The notes under the pieces were generated by a model. It did not search any database. It saw nothing but the letters and a program-made list of their open reading frames with translations, and was not told the origin of the DNA. Shown here piece after piece: positions 24,568 through 39,714 of a stretch of 64,000 nucleotides of DNA (the stretch's first letter is position 1; every line of letters starts with the position of its first letter). Origin of the DNA: the human T2T-CHM13v2.0 reference genome, Homo sapiens. A program made the position numbers and the translations under genes. The stretch lies in assembly GCF_009914755.1 (NCBI RefSeq), contig NC_060947.1. The stretch is one strand, 5' to 3'.

Positions 24568-24772
24568 TGGTGAAACCCCATCTCTACTAAAAATACAAAA
24601 ATTAACCGGGCGTGGTGGCAGGCACCTGTAATCCCAGCTACTCGGGAGGCTGAGGCAGAGAAATGCTTGAACCCAGGAGGCGGAGGTTGCAGTGAGCCGA
24701 GATTGCGCCACTGCACTCCAGCCTGGGTGACAGAGTGAGACTCGTTCTCAAAAAAAAAAAAAAGAAAAAAAA
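24568..24772 (+). mobile_element. 5'-truncated AluS
   Basis: Begins at TGGTGAAACCCC; TSD AAAATGGAATTACT/AAAGTAGAATTACT. Confidence 0.92.
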
Positions 24773-24952
24773 GTAGAATTACTAAGAGTTACATTTGTAG
24801 TTAATATATGTAATTAAAACTACTAGATATAAGAGAAACAATTCTGTATACAGAGTGTAAAAAGAAAAACAAGATATATTTTTGGCAAGGAGGGTTGTAA
24901 AGGCATAAACATGTGTGCTTGATGTAAAAAGTATAGTTAAAAAGTTACTTTA

Positions 24953-25180
24953 GGCCAGGCACAGTGGCTCAATGCCTGTAATCCCAGAACTTTGGGAGGC
25001 CAAGACAGAAGGATCACTTGAGGTCAGGAGTTCAAGACCAGCTAATCCCAGCTACTCGGGAGGCTGAGGCAGAAGAATCACTTGAACGCAGGAGGCAGAG
25101 GTTTCAGTGAGCTGAGATCATGCCACTGCACTCCAGCCTGGGTGACAGAGCGATACTCTGTCTCTCACACACACAAAAAA
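24953..25180 (+). mobile_element. Alu with internal deletion of the linker region
   Basis: GACCAGC joined to TAATCCCAGCTAC; TSD AAAAAGTTACTT. Confidence 0.9.
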
Positions 25181-27098
25181 GTTACTTAAACTTGTTTTAA
25201 ATTTAAAAAATACAGATAAAACCAAATGAGATAGAAAGTTGAGAAAAAAGAAAATAGAAAAAATTTTGTAAGATTATAAAGGTTTGTGAAGATCTTATGT
25301 GATCAAAAGCTGACTGACATTAGATTTATTTATAAGGTTTTATTAAAATAGCTTTAAGATTAGTATTTATAATACACTAATACGAAAGTAATATTTGCTT
25401 TTGTCTTTCAAGCAAGAACTTTGTGTAGTATTAATAAGAGGCAGTAAAATATTTTTGTTCACCTTTTGAGTAAACTGCAAAAAAGGAGGGAAAAGGAGAG
25501 ATAAATTCTGTCTCATGCTGTCTTTATTAGGTCTTTTGATTGTTTAGAAAACTGAGTTTCCTCTCTATCACAAAATAAACATTTTTGCTTTTTACAGCCT
25601 TTTAATTAGCACTCTGGATAAATTAATGACTATTATTTTACAGTGACCTGTGATTTTATTTTTATTAAGTGTTTTAAACCTTTGAGTTACTTGACAGGCT
25701 TCCCAAAATTGAACTTAAATTTTAAAATTAAGTCTTTTGACCTTAAACTAAATTTGAGGTGTTACAGAGGGCCCCTTCAGCATCCAAAGGAGAGATAGTA
25801 AACAGGCTTATTTGACATGCCAAGTTATATGGGAAGCATTATCAAATACAAAATGATATTTAACCCTTTTTGAGTTATATTTTCATGAATTTGTTATTAA
25901 TATATGTTCCAAAATTGTATGAAATTTCTAAAATTCTGATATGTCTTAGTATGTTGTCAGTTATAATCATGGTTATTATGTTAAGTTGTAGGCCACAAAA
26001 ATAACCAAATTTCATTGGCACTTGTGCCTTTAAGATAATGTTAAGTAATTTCCACAGTTAATTGCTTAATTCTGATGCATTTTCTGAAAGCTCCCTACAA
26101 GTAAGAAAATTCCTAGAGTATTATGTCTTCAAGAAGGTTCATAGAGAGGATAAAAAAAGACAAGCAGTCTTGAATATAGGTTTCTCATAACTTTAGGATC
26201 ATATTATTTGAACTGTGTAATAATTCCCAGAACTGTAATGAAGAGACTGACTTCTGTATAAAACTGCTAACTCGAGCAGTATAACAATTAATTGAATACC
26301 AATGAAATACTCTGCCAGATTCTTATGCTAAATCAACCAGTGCTGAAATTATTAAGATATGTAATTTGAATGAACTCCATGGTCCAAGTCAAATTACCTA
26401 TGATAACCCATTAATAAACAGTGTTATGCAACCAAATTGGAGAAACAAAATTGGCATTTAAGAAGATATGTATATTGTTAATCATGGACTCATGGAAAGC
26501 CTGTACATCTGCCTGGTTTGTCCTGAGTCCTTAAAGCTTTCATTATTATAAGTTCAGCCCTCCATGACTCATCATGGAAGAGATAAAATAAGCCAAATAT
26601 GAAATACGTGTGTGCACATGTGTTTTTGTGTGTGTGTGTGTGTATTTAATGGCTGTTCTAAATTGAAAAAATGGTATATGACAAGTGTTTGTTTTGTCAA
26701 ACCCATAATCCTGGGAAGACAATAAAAACTTCAGGTATGTTTCTGCTACCTGATGGGCCATTTGAACACTTATAGAGGGATTTCACTCTAGTGTCATTTT
26801 AAATGCATGTTTTCTTTTTTTATCCTCTCTATGAACCTCCTTTAAGACATAATACTCTAGGATTTTCCTTGCTTATAAAGAACTTTCAGAAAATGCATCA
26901 GAATTAAGCAATTAACTGTAAAAATTACTTAAAATTATCTTAGAGACACAAGTGACAATGAAATTTGTTTATTTTTGTGGCCTACAACTTAACATAATAA
27001 CCATGATTATGACTGATAACATAGCAAGATATATCAGAATTTTAGGAATTTCATACAATTTTGGAACATATATTAATAACAAATTCATAGAAATATAA

Positions 27099-27390
27099 GC
27101 TTTCCCACGCAAGAAGGCTGATGCTATAATAGTAGCTAAAAGGCTATTGGAAAATGTGTTTTCCTCATGGGGCATTCCTAGAGAAATCTCTAGTGATAAA
27201 GATACTTGTTTCACTGGACACATTGTAAAGCAGTTAAATAAGATATTCCAGATACAACAGCATTAGACAAAGCTAACTAAATGACTGAATTACCTTAACC
27301 AAAGGTATTGCAGATTGATGACAATCAAATCCACTGCCAGTGGAAAATATAAGTTGACTCCTTATGAAATAATCACTGGAAGGCCTATGC
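27099..27390 (+). pseudogene. Retroviral integrase core remnant (MER57-int)
   Basis: Translates AFPRKKADAIIVAKRLLENVFSSWGIPREISSDKDTCFTGHIVKQL..*; later LTPYEIITGRPM. Confidence 0.85.
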
Positions 27391-27565
27391 TCCTAATAAT
27401 AGAAACTCATATATCTTCCACTCCTAAACTCTGATATGACTAAATGCTGCAAGATGTTAATGCATTATGCTGAAGTTTATTTTTGCCAAGTAAAGGAAGC
27501 TTTTCACTATCCACTAACCGAGGACAATTAAACCCTCCACAATCTAAAACCTGGAGATTGGGTCC

Positions 27566-28245
<680 letters not shown>

Positions 28246-28747
28246 AGTCCTCTGGAAATGGCATCAGAGAAAGACTTCCCTTGCCACCCACACTACACCA
28301 AAACTTTGGGACCTCAATTCTTGGATCCATAATCTCACAACTCAGAAGTTCCCCTCCAGACTCTCTGAATTGTACACACTTTGGAGATCTTAAGGTCAAG
28401 TTAATCATGGAAGTTTCTCCCTGGAAGCAGATGGCAGCCCTGATGTGGACAGCTTTCCCAAGATCATAGACAAAGATACCTCTGCTATCATGAGAGACCG
28501 GTAATAATTTCCTTGCTTATGCCTTTATGAGCAATGGAACTGGAAAGGAAGTCTTGTGTGCACGCATGAGGTACACTTTTATTTGTGAAGGATTTTACAG
28601 CCGACCTTATACAAGGCAAACTTATGCCTTGATAGGTGGAAGATGAAATTTCAATGTTGTTGAGAATTTTTAATTTATTGGTACCTTTGTTGCTCCATGA
28701 TCAGTCAGAAACAGGACATTGGTCCACTCCTCTTAACCTACATCATA

Positions 28748-29030
28748 ATGTTAAAGAGAACATTGCCAGGAGGCCTTCACCCTTCTGGATAGGCATCATG
28801 TATTGGATCTTTTGTTCCATGATTTGGAGTAAATGAGATGATTAGAAATTTATCTTTCATAATAGGTTCTATAGCAGATTCTCCTGCAAAGGCTGTGGTT
28901 GTACAATAGACTTCTTCAAATTCTTTTGCTAAAGTTGTACTAGATAATAGACTTGCTCTAGATTTCTTATTGGCTGAACAGAAAATAATCTGTATAGTTG
29001 CTGACACTTCTTGTTGCACAAAGATAAGTA
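28748..29030 (+). pseudogene. Gamma-type env TM remnant
   Basis: MLKR|TLPGG..FVP*FGVNEMIRNLS..KVVLDNRLALDFLLAEQKIICIVADTSCC (ISD + CX6CC); three in-frame stops. Confidence 0.88.
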
Positions 29031-29159
29031 CACTGTTCTATTTCCCAGTAGTATTTGAGAACAAATAAGTACATTTATGATGGTGACAGAGTGACATCAA
29101 TACCTAGTTTTGGTCAACCTCTCAAAATTGAGAGGTTCCCCCAAGGGGGTGGGGGGAAT

Positions 29160-29548
29160 TGTTAAGTTTAGACTAAAGCTAAAGCTCCTTACATATTTTA
29201 AGTTTGACCTAAAAGTTTCTCTATTCATAATGAACTGTAACATAATTGGATGTGTAAACAGACTAACCTACTCATGTGCCAGTCACTGAGTTTCAGCCAA
29301 TCAAAAGTGGACAGCTCTTCAAAACATGTTTAAATAAGGTAAACACCAAGATGCAACCAATCTAGATCTTTCTGTTCCTCACTTCCATTTTCTGTTCATC
29401 ACTTTCCTTTATCTGCCTTTATCCTCTCCAACCATGTGACAGTGCAGAGCTTCTCTGAACCTTTTCTGGTTTGGGGGCTGCACAATTCATCAATCAGTCT
29501 TTGCTCAGTTAAACTCTGTTCAATTTAATTTGTCTAAAGTTTTTAACA
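29160..29548 (+). mobile_element. MER57 3' LTR
   Basis: Preceded by PPT AAGGGGGTGGGGGGAAT; TG...CA termini. Confidence 0.9.
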
Positions 29549-29597
29549 AAAGTTATAAAATTATAATAAATTCTGACCTTATTCTTAATTTCTCCTA

Positions 29598-29990
<393 letters not shown>

Positions 29991-30319
29991 TTATAATAGT
30001 AATTATTCTTTGTTTAGGCTTTGTCATCATTTAAATTCTTCCCCAATGTGTTTATGTGTCTGTGTTTTAATTTTGTGTGTTTGTATACTATTTTCTCTTT
30101 TTCTTCACTTGGCTGTTTTTAGTGTCACCTGGAAAGTTGTGGTACCTGAAACTGTGTGCACTAGAGGTACGTTTTCATCATCTTACATACAAAGCCTAAA
30201 CAGCTCCTATATATTATATTTGTATAATACCTTACGGTCAAGTAGCTGTCTATGTTATAGACAGTACTCTGTATCTTGCAGTCAAATTAAGCTATTTAAA
30301 AACTCCTCTCTGCCATTAA

Positions 30320-30440
30320 GTAATTGTTAGCATGGACAAGTAGCTTGATCTTGCTGAATCTCAGTTTCTAAATCTTAACTAACATGCAGGATTATTGTGA
30401 TAATCAGTTATCAATTATTTTAAATGCCTGACACTTAACA
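30320..30440 (+). mobile_element. MIR fragment
   Basis: GGACAAGTAGCTTGATC..CTGAATCTCAGTTTC core. Confidence 0.55.
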
Positions 30441-30485
30441 ATCATTGTGCTGTTTTGGAGAAGAATCACACCTTATATTAACATT

Positions 30486-31045
30486 TGAAGGAGTGCGGGG
30501 AAACTTCACCCCAAAAAATTGTCCCCTGGTATAATTAGTATTTTGAATTAAAGGCCCTTAGCAATCAACAGACACTGAAAGAGACTTTTTCCCTATCTAC
30601 ATAAAGACCTCATGGACCCACTAAGGAGAACAATTGTTTTCCCTTTCCCTCCCTGTTCTCTCACTATCTACTGCAGAAAAGGAGACCAAGAATTTACATT
30701 ACACCTGAACAGATTCCTTAACAAGATAACATATGTCTCTCAGGCTCATTCAATTTCTAAAGAGAACCATTTACAAGTTAATCTCTGTTCCTCAATCCAT
30801 TCATTCTCCCTGGAAATCATTCATTGGCCCCCAGTAGAGTTACTTATATTCACCCACCCTGAAATAAGGTTATATAAGTGTCTGGGCCACATTGGGATAC
30901 GGGGTAATCACTCTATGGTTCTCCCCAGTGTGAAGATTAATAAATGTTTATGCTTTTTATCCAATTAATCTTCTTTTGTGAGTTGATTTTTCAGTGAACC
31001 TTCAGAGGATGAAGGGGAATTCCCCCACTCCACTTGGCCTCTACA
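30486..31045 (+). mobile_element. MER39-like ERV1 solo LTR
   Basis: TGAAGG..AAACTTCACCCCAAAA start; AACCTTCAGAGG..CTTGGCCTCTACA end; TATA and AATAAA present. Confidence 0.75.
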
Positions 31046-31377
31046 AAATAATTTCCATGCTTCTATGCACGAGAAAATGCTATACTGTGCCAATTGCAAC
31101 ACAGCTAATACACTCAAACACTTTATAGAGTAAACTGCCAGTAATCTCAAATATTATTCAATCTAGGCTTCACACCTTATTTTGAAAAAACAATTTTCAT
31201 TTATACCTTTGATAGTTTGAAAAGTTAAATACCTGTGCTGGGCTTATAACAAAACAAGCAAACAGCAGTCCCTACTCTCCTTTCTACTCTATTTTCCAGA
31301 GGGTTTTTAGCCATTTCTTCTGTTTACCTCCATATTTCTGAAAATTATGTCTCTACTGTTTATCTTTGATTTGTCTA

Positions 31378-32234
<857 letters not shown>

Positions 32235-33148
32235 TCTGGTTCAGATATGCTTCTATTGTTTTCCAACTTCTAACATTGCTAAGAAGTTAAATGTTATCCT
32301 TATTTTGTTTGTTAGTGATCTAATTTTTTTCTCTAGTGTATTTCAGGAACCTCTTTTTATCTCTGGTATTCTGGGGTTCCAAAGAAAATGCACTGAAACT
32401 GACTTTTTAAAAATCCATGATGCTAAACTCTTGTGGAGCTCTTGCAGTTGATGACTAAAGTCTGCCCATTTTAGGAAATGTTCTTGAATTATATTTTATA
32501 TCACACAGAAAATTACTCTGGCAAAGAAATTATCACTTTGTGAAACTCTTATTTGCCTATTGTACTTCTTGTTGTTGTTTTTCTCTTAAGTCTTAAAAAA
32601 AACAGATTCAGTGGGTACATGTGCAGGTTTGTTACATGGTTATATTGCATAATTCTGGGGTTTGGGCTTCCAGTAAACCCATTACCCAAATAGTAAACAT
32701 AGCACCCAATAAGTAATTTTATAACCCTTGCCCTTTCCCTCTCTCCCGACTTTTGGAGTCCCTAATGTCTGTTGTTTTCCATCTTTATGTGCATATGTAC
32801 CCTTTCTTTACCTCCCATTTATAAGTGAGAATGTGCACTATTTGATTTTCTGTTTCTGAGTTACTTCACTTAGAATAATGGCCTCCAGCTGCATCCATGT
32901 TGCTGCAAAGAACATGATTTTATTATTGTTATGGCTGCATAGTATTCTGTGGTACGTATATACAACATTTACTTTATCCAATACACCATTGATGGACACT
33001 TTGTTTGATCCCATGATTTTGCTATAGTGAATAGTGCTGTGATGAACATACAAGTGCAGGTTTCATTTAGATATGACTATTTCTTTTCCTTTTGGTAGCT
33101 GCTCAGTTGTGGAATTGCTGAGTCAAATGGTAGTTCTATTTTTAATTC

Positions 33149-33430
33149 TTTTTTTTTTTTTTCTGAGACAGAGTTTCACTCTGTTGCCCAGGCTGGAGTG
33201 CAGTGGTGTGATCTTGACTCCTGGGTTCAAGTGATTCTCCTGCCTCAGCCTCCCGAGTAGCTGGGACTACAGGCACCTGCCACCATGCCGAGCTAATTTT
33301 TTTAATTTTTAGTAGAGACAAGAATTCATTATGTTGGCTAGGCTTGTCTCAAACTCCTGACCTCAAGTGATCCACCTGCCTCAGCCTCCCAAAGTGCTGC
33401 AATTATAGGCGTGAGCCACCGCACCCAGTC
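33149..33430 (-). mobile_element. AluS inside L1
   Basis: TSD TTTTTAATTCTTT; small internal deletion. Confidence 0.92.
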
Positions 33431-36400
33431 TGTTTTTAATTCTTTGAGAAATATCCCTACTGTTGTTCATAGAGGTTGAACTAATTTATATTCCCACCAA
33501 CATTGTATAAGCATTCCTTTCTGTCCACATCTTCACTCACATGTCTTATTTTGTGACTTACTAATAATAGCCATTCTGACTGGTGTGAGATGATATCTCA
33601 TTGTGGTTTTAATTTTCATTTCTCTAATGATTAGTGATGCTGAACATGTTTTCATTATTTGTTGGCTGCTTGTCTGACTTCTTTTGAGAAGTGTCTGTGT
33701 CCTTGGCCTACTTTTTAATGGGGCTACTTGTTTTCTCTTGTTGATTTGTTTAAGTTACTTACAGATCTGGGTGTTAGTCCTTTGTCAGATGCATAGATTG
33801 CAAATATTTTCTCCCATTCTGAAGGTTGTCTGTTTACTCTGGCGATAGTTTCTTTGGCTGTGCAGAAGCTCTTTAATTTAATTAAGTCCCAATTGTCAAG
33901 TTTTATTTTGTTGCATTTGCTTTCAAGGTCTTAGTCATAAATTCTTCAGGCCAATATCCAGAATTGTTTTTCTTAGTTTTTTTCCTTATATTTTTATCAC
34001 TTAAGGTCTTACATTTAATTCTTTAATCCATCTTAAGTTAGTTTTTGTGTCGGGGTCCAGTTTCATTCTTCTGCATATAGTTAGCCAGCTTTCCCAACAC
34101 CATTTATTGAATAAGATGTTCTTTCCCCACTGTTTATTTTTCTTGACTTCGTCAAGCATTAGTTGGTTATAAGTGTGTGGATTTATTTCTAGTTTCTCTA
34201 TTCTATGCCATTGATCTATGTGTTTATTTTTGTATTAGCAGCATGCTGTTTTGGTTACTATATCCTTGTATTATAGCTTGAAGTGGGGTAACATGATGGC
34301 TTTGGCTTGGTTCCTTTTGCTTAGGACTGCTTTGGCTATTCAGGTTCTTTTTTGTTCCATATGAATTTTAGAATTTTTACTTCTAGTTCTGTGAAAAATA
34401 ATGTTGGTAATTTGATAGGAATTGTGTTGAATCTGTAGATTGCTTTAGGAAGTATGGTCATTTTATCAATATTAATTCTTTCAATCTGTGGGCATTGAAT
34501 GTTTTTCCATTTGTTTGTATCATCTATTGTTTCTTTCATCACTGTTTTGTAGTCCTCCTGGTAGGGATCTTTCAACTCCTTTGTTAAATGTATTCCTAGG
34601 GGTTATTTTGTGTGTGATTATTGTAAATCAGATTTAGTTCTTTATTCGATTATCAGCTTGAATGTTATTGGTGTATAAAAATGCTACTGATTTTTGTATC
34701 TTCATTTTGTATCCTGAAATTTTACTGAAGTCATTTATCAGGTCCAGGAGTCATTCAGATGAATCTTTAGGGTTTTGTAGGCATAGGATTATATTGTCAG
34801 TGAACACAGATAATTTGACTTCTTCTTTTGTAATTTAGATGCCTTTTATTTTTTTCTCTTGCCTGATTGCTCTTGCTAGAACTTCTAGTATTATGTTGAA
34901 TAGGAGTGGTAAGAGTGGACGTCCTCATCTTGTTCCAGTTCTTAGGAAGAATGTTGTTAACTTTTATCCATTTGGCATGAATGTTGGCTGTGGGTTTGTC
35001 ATATATGGCTCTTATTATTTTGAGATATGTTCCTTTGATGCATAGTTTATTGAGGGTTTTTATCATAAAGGGATGTTAGATTTTTATCAAATGCTTTCCA
35101 GGAATTTATCCATTTCCTCTAGGTTTTCTAGAGTGTGTGCACAGAGATATTTATAGTAGTCTCTGAGGATCATTTTGTAATTCTCTGGTATCAGTTGTAA
35201 TGTCAACTTTGTCATTTCTGATTTTGCTTATTTGAATCTTTTCTCTTTTTTTCCTTGATTAATCTAGCTAGTGGTCTATCGATCTTGTTTATCCTTTGAA
35301 AGAACTCACTTCTCCTTTTATTGGTCCTTTGTATGTGATTTTGTTCTGAATTTCACTTAGTTCTGCTCTGATTTTTATTACTTCTTTACTTGTGTTAGCT
35401 TTGAGATTGTTTGCTCCTGTATTTCTACTTTAGTGTGACATTAAGTTAATTTGAGATCTTTCTGTATTTTTGATGTAGGCATTTAGCACTGTAACCTTTC
35501 CTTTTAACATTACTTTTGCTATATTCCAGAGGTTTTGGTAGGTTGTGTCTCTATTTTCATTTATTTCCATTTTTTAAATTCCCAGCTTAACTTTATTTTT
35601 TACCCATTTTATTCAGGAACTAATTGTTTAGTTTCCATGTACTTATGTGGTTTTGAGAGTTCCTCTTGGTATTGATTTCTAATTTTATTCCACTGTGGTC
35701 CAAGAAGATGCTTGATATGATTTTGATTTTTCAAATTTATTGAGACTTGCTTTATGAGCAAGCATGTGGCCAATTTTCAAGAATATTTCATGCACAGGTG
35801 AGAAAAATGTATACTCTGTGATTGTTAGGTATTCTCTAGATGTATATTAGGTCCATTTGGTCAAGAGTCCAACTTAAGTCCCAATTTTCTTCGTTAGTTT
35901 TTTGCCTTGATTTGTCTAGTGCTGTCAGTGGAGTGTTGAATTCCCCCAATATTATTGTATGACTATCTCTTTTATTAGGTGTAGTAGTATTTGTTATATA
36001 AATCTAGATGCTTCATGTTGGGTGTACATGTATTTTGTATAGTTAAATCTTCTTGTTGCACCCTTTATCTTTATATAATGACCTTTTTTGTCTTTTTTTT
36101 TTTTTTAACTCTTGTGGTTTAAAGTCTGTTTTTTCTGATACAATAGTGACCCCTGCTCTTTTTTGTTTTCCATTTGCATGATAGATCTTTCTCCATCTCT
36201 TTACTTTGAGCCTGTGGGAGTCATTACATGTGAGATGGGTCTTGAAGGCAGCAGAAGGTTGGATCCTGTTTTTGATACAATTTGCCAGTCTATATCTTTA
36301 AAATGATGCGTTTAGGCCATTTATGTTCAAGGTTAATATTGATATATGAGGTTTTGCTCCTGTCATACTGTTTTTAGGTAGTTGCTTTGTAGTCTCAATT

Positions 36401-37811
36401 ATGTAATTGCTATATGAGTTCTGTAAACTTTGTATTTATGTGTGTTTTTATGGTAGCAAGTACCATTCTTTCATTTCCACGTTTAAAACTCCTTTGAGCA
36501 TTTATTGTAGGGCTATTCTGGTGGTGATAAATTCCCTTAGTGTTTTCTTGTCTGGGAAACACTTCATTTCTTCTTCACATATGAAGCTTAGTTTGTCAGG
36601 ATATGAAATTCTTGGCTGGTATTTTTTTTTTCTTTAAGAAGGCTAAAAATCGGCCCCCAATGTCTTCTAGCTTGTGTGGTTTCTCCAGAGAAGTCTGATG
36701 TTAGTCTGATAGGATTTTATTTATAGATAGTTTTGCCCTTTTCTCTAGTAGCCTTTAACATTTTTCCTTTTGCCTTGATCTTGGATGCTGTGTTAACTAA
36801 ATGTCATGGGAATGGTTGTCTTGTATAGTATCTCACAGGTTTTCTCTGAATTTTTTGTATCTAGATATCAACTTCTCTAACAAGATCAGGGAAATTTTCC
36901 TGAATTTTTCCTGAAATTTCCCTCAAACATGTTTTCCAAGTTGCTTACTTTTACTTTTTCTCTCTCAGGAATGCCAATCAGTCATAGGTTTGGTTGCTTT
37001 ACATAATTCCACATTTCTTAAATACTTTGTTCATTTTTTAAAATTATTTTTTATTTATTTTTGTCTGACTGTGTTAATTCAAACAACCAGTCTTCAAGCT
37101 CTGACATTCTTTCTTCTGCTCAGTCTAGTCTATTATTAAAGCTTCCAACTTATGTTTTGAAATTCCCTTAGAGAATGTTTGAATTCCAGAATTTCTATTT
37201 GTTTTTTTCTAAATCTAGCTGTCTCATCTTTCACACCCTTAATAATTTGTCTGGTTTCTTTGCATTGTATTTCAACATACTCTTGGATCTCGTTGAGTTT
37301 CCTTGCAATCCGTATTTTGAATTCTTTGTCTGTTATTTCAGACTTTTCCATTTTTTAGAATCCTTTGCTAGAGACCTAGTGTGATTTTTTGGAGGTGTCA
37401 AGACACTCTGGCTTTTTGTACTGCCAGAGGTGTTTCACTGATTCCTTCTCATCTGAGGGAGCTGTTGCATCTTATATTTGAAATTGCTACTGTTTGAAGG
37501 AGACTTTTTTTATTTTTTATTCTTTTTTTCCTTGAGGGTATTACTGTGACATATGTTATGTGTGATCATTTGGCTTTGTTTCTGGGTGCTTGCAAGGGGC
37601 CAAGGCTCTGTATGGGTTCCTTGGTTGTGGGTAGCTTCTGTGTGATGGCTTTCTCAGATGCTGCTTGTTACAGTGATGTACTGGATGTATGAGCCAACAT
37701 ACTATCTCCTGTGGGATGAGGGTCCATAGGTCTCAGGAAGCTTATCTTATGGACTAACACTAAGCCTTTCTGGCAGCAGGTTTTCTATTTGGTGGTGCAG
37801 TTCAGACTGCA

Positions 37812-37828
37812 GTCCAGTAGGTGGCACT
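37812..37828 (+). promoter_or_regulatory. CTCF core motif in the L1 5'UTR
   Basis: GTCCAGTAGGTGGCACT. Confidence 0.45.
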
Positions 37829-38441
37829 TAAGAGTAAGAGCTTGCCCCACTTTAGGTAGGCTGGCGAGGAGTGGAAGCACTCACCCTGATGGGGAGGTGG
37901 CAAGAAGACTAAAGTATACTGAGGTTTCAGGGAAAATGGGGGTGAACCAGCTTCTCATCCTGAGCCACCAGGAATGCAATCTTATTCCCTATCATGCCTG
38001 GCACAGGACCCATGACCTTCAGTTCATATACACTTTGTCCTTTGGTTCCCAGCTACAATGCATCTATGGACCATGGATATACCTCTCTGACTGCTACCAC
38101 CAAAATGGGCTCAGGGCAGAGCCTCTTCCCTGGATCTAGGGAAGGTAACTCTGCATCTTGTCTGTCTTCCATTGCTGAGACACTACTGCTCTGTGTGTGG
38201 GGTGGGGGTGGGGAGTTGGGCCCCACCCTTCATTCAAGCTTAAGTGGTCAGGCTCACTTTCAGCAGAGGTGGAGCTGCCACAAAAAGCACAACAAATGCT
38301 TTCTCTGAGTGCATACCTGCCAGGTCCCAGTAGGAAGAACCATTTCTGCATCTGCAACAGTGGACGGGGGTGGGAAATGACCCCCTCTTCACGTCTGTTC
38401 CTGGCTGTCGGTGTTGTCCCCTTCAGCAATTGTTGCCACAC

Positions 38442-39029
38442 TGTAAAAAGTAAAGTAGAGGTTCCTCTTCAAAGACTTTCCTCCCCATTTAATTAAAAAT
38501 AAATAGTAACTTCTCTTAGAAGCAAAACGTATTCAAAGACCTGTGCTAACATTCAATATCTGCTAGCCGTAATAAAGAAATCAATGTACTTTATGTTCTT
38601 AGCTCCCACAATTTAGCCTAAATATTTGCCCTGGCATGCTTATACTGGTTCAAGCAACCATTAGGTCATAGCCTGTTCCTCTTCCTTATTTGAAGGCGTT
38701 TTTACCTTTCTTAGCATTCCACAAGTTACTTCTTCCTTCCTTCGTTCTCCTCTGCCTTTGCTTCTTTTAAAAAGTTCTAAGTTGGTAGCCAATCAGGACA
38801 AATACAGAATGTGAGGTCCTGTTCCAGCCAATGGAAACCAGACACAGCAGTAGGGTGGACGCGTCAGGTTATAAATGACCCTGTCTCCTTTGTTCGGTGT
38901 ACCCTCATGGCAAAACTGCTGTCGAGTGTACCCTTTCTGCAGAAAGTATAAAAATGGCCTTGCTGAGGGAATTAAATTTATGTTCAAGTGCTATTTCTTT
39001 ACGGCACCAGGGGACAAGCATTTCAAATA
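38442..39029 (+). mobile_element. LTR10C-like (HERV-I) solo LTR inside the L1 5'UTR
   Basis: TGTAAAAAGTAAAGTAGAGGTTCCTCTTCAAAG start; CCAAT at 38789 and 38828; TATAAA at 38870; TSD CACAC/CATAC. Confidence 0.85.
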
Positions 39030-39714
39030 CATACCCACATTTCTTTGGCCCAAGGGGGCCTTTAGCAGGCTACCCTCCTTCTACCTTAGGGGCAACCTGA
39101 ATAGAGGGTTAGATCTCCAGAGGCCCTGCAGCTCCCTGGGGATCTGCTAGTCCCCTGTACTTGCCAAAGTCAGAGTGCATTGTGGGGTACATTTGCAGGG
39201 AATCTGGTGGTGTGGTGACTTAAGAGCAGAGAATTCATCGGGCAAAACAGTGACCCATGACAGATGCACAACCAGTATGCTGCCCACCATCTCAGTTCGG
39301 GTCTGAGAGGAGTGTGGGCACACCTGCATGAGGTGGTCACCTAGTTCTCTGTCCATGGGAAGTTGCTACCACTAGTATTGCCCTGGGTCACGAGGGCAGA
39401 GGGGCTCCCCAACTATTTGACAGTCAGCAGATTGTCACAGGGACGAGGGCAGCAGATAAGAACATGCACCTACTCTTTCCATGGGACTCAGAGTTCCTTG
39501 AGGGTCCACCTCTGGCAGACTCTTGCTGCTTTCCTTTTCTGGATTCTAGCTTCTTTCCATGGTCACTTTGACAGACTCTCTTCCCTCAGTTTTCCATTCA
39601 GAACATGTCCATTCACCATTAACTTTGATCTTCTTTCTGAGGAAAACTGGCATCTGATGCCCCTAGTCACTCATCTTGGCTGGGTGGTGTGGGGGGAGCC
39701 TCCTAATTGTAAAT

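Larger units (their letters stand above)
32595..39700 (-). mobile_element. Near full-length L1PA16/17-like LINE-1 with an internal ORF2 deletion near 35100
   Basis: 3'UTR AGATTCAGTGGGTACATGTGCAGG; ORF2 ([20 protein letters not shown]; IYDKPTANI); ORF1 (KEFKIRIARKLNEIQE); 5' end CCAAGATGAGTGACTAG. Confidence 0.9.
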
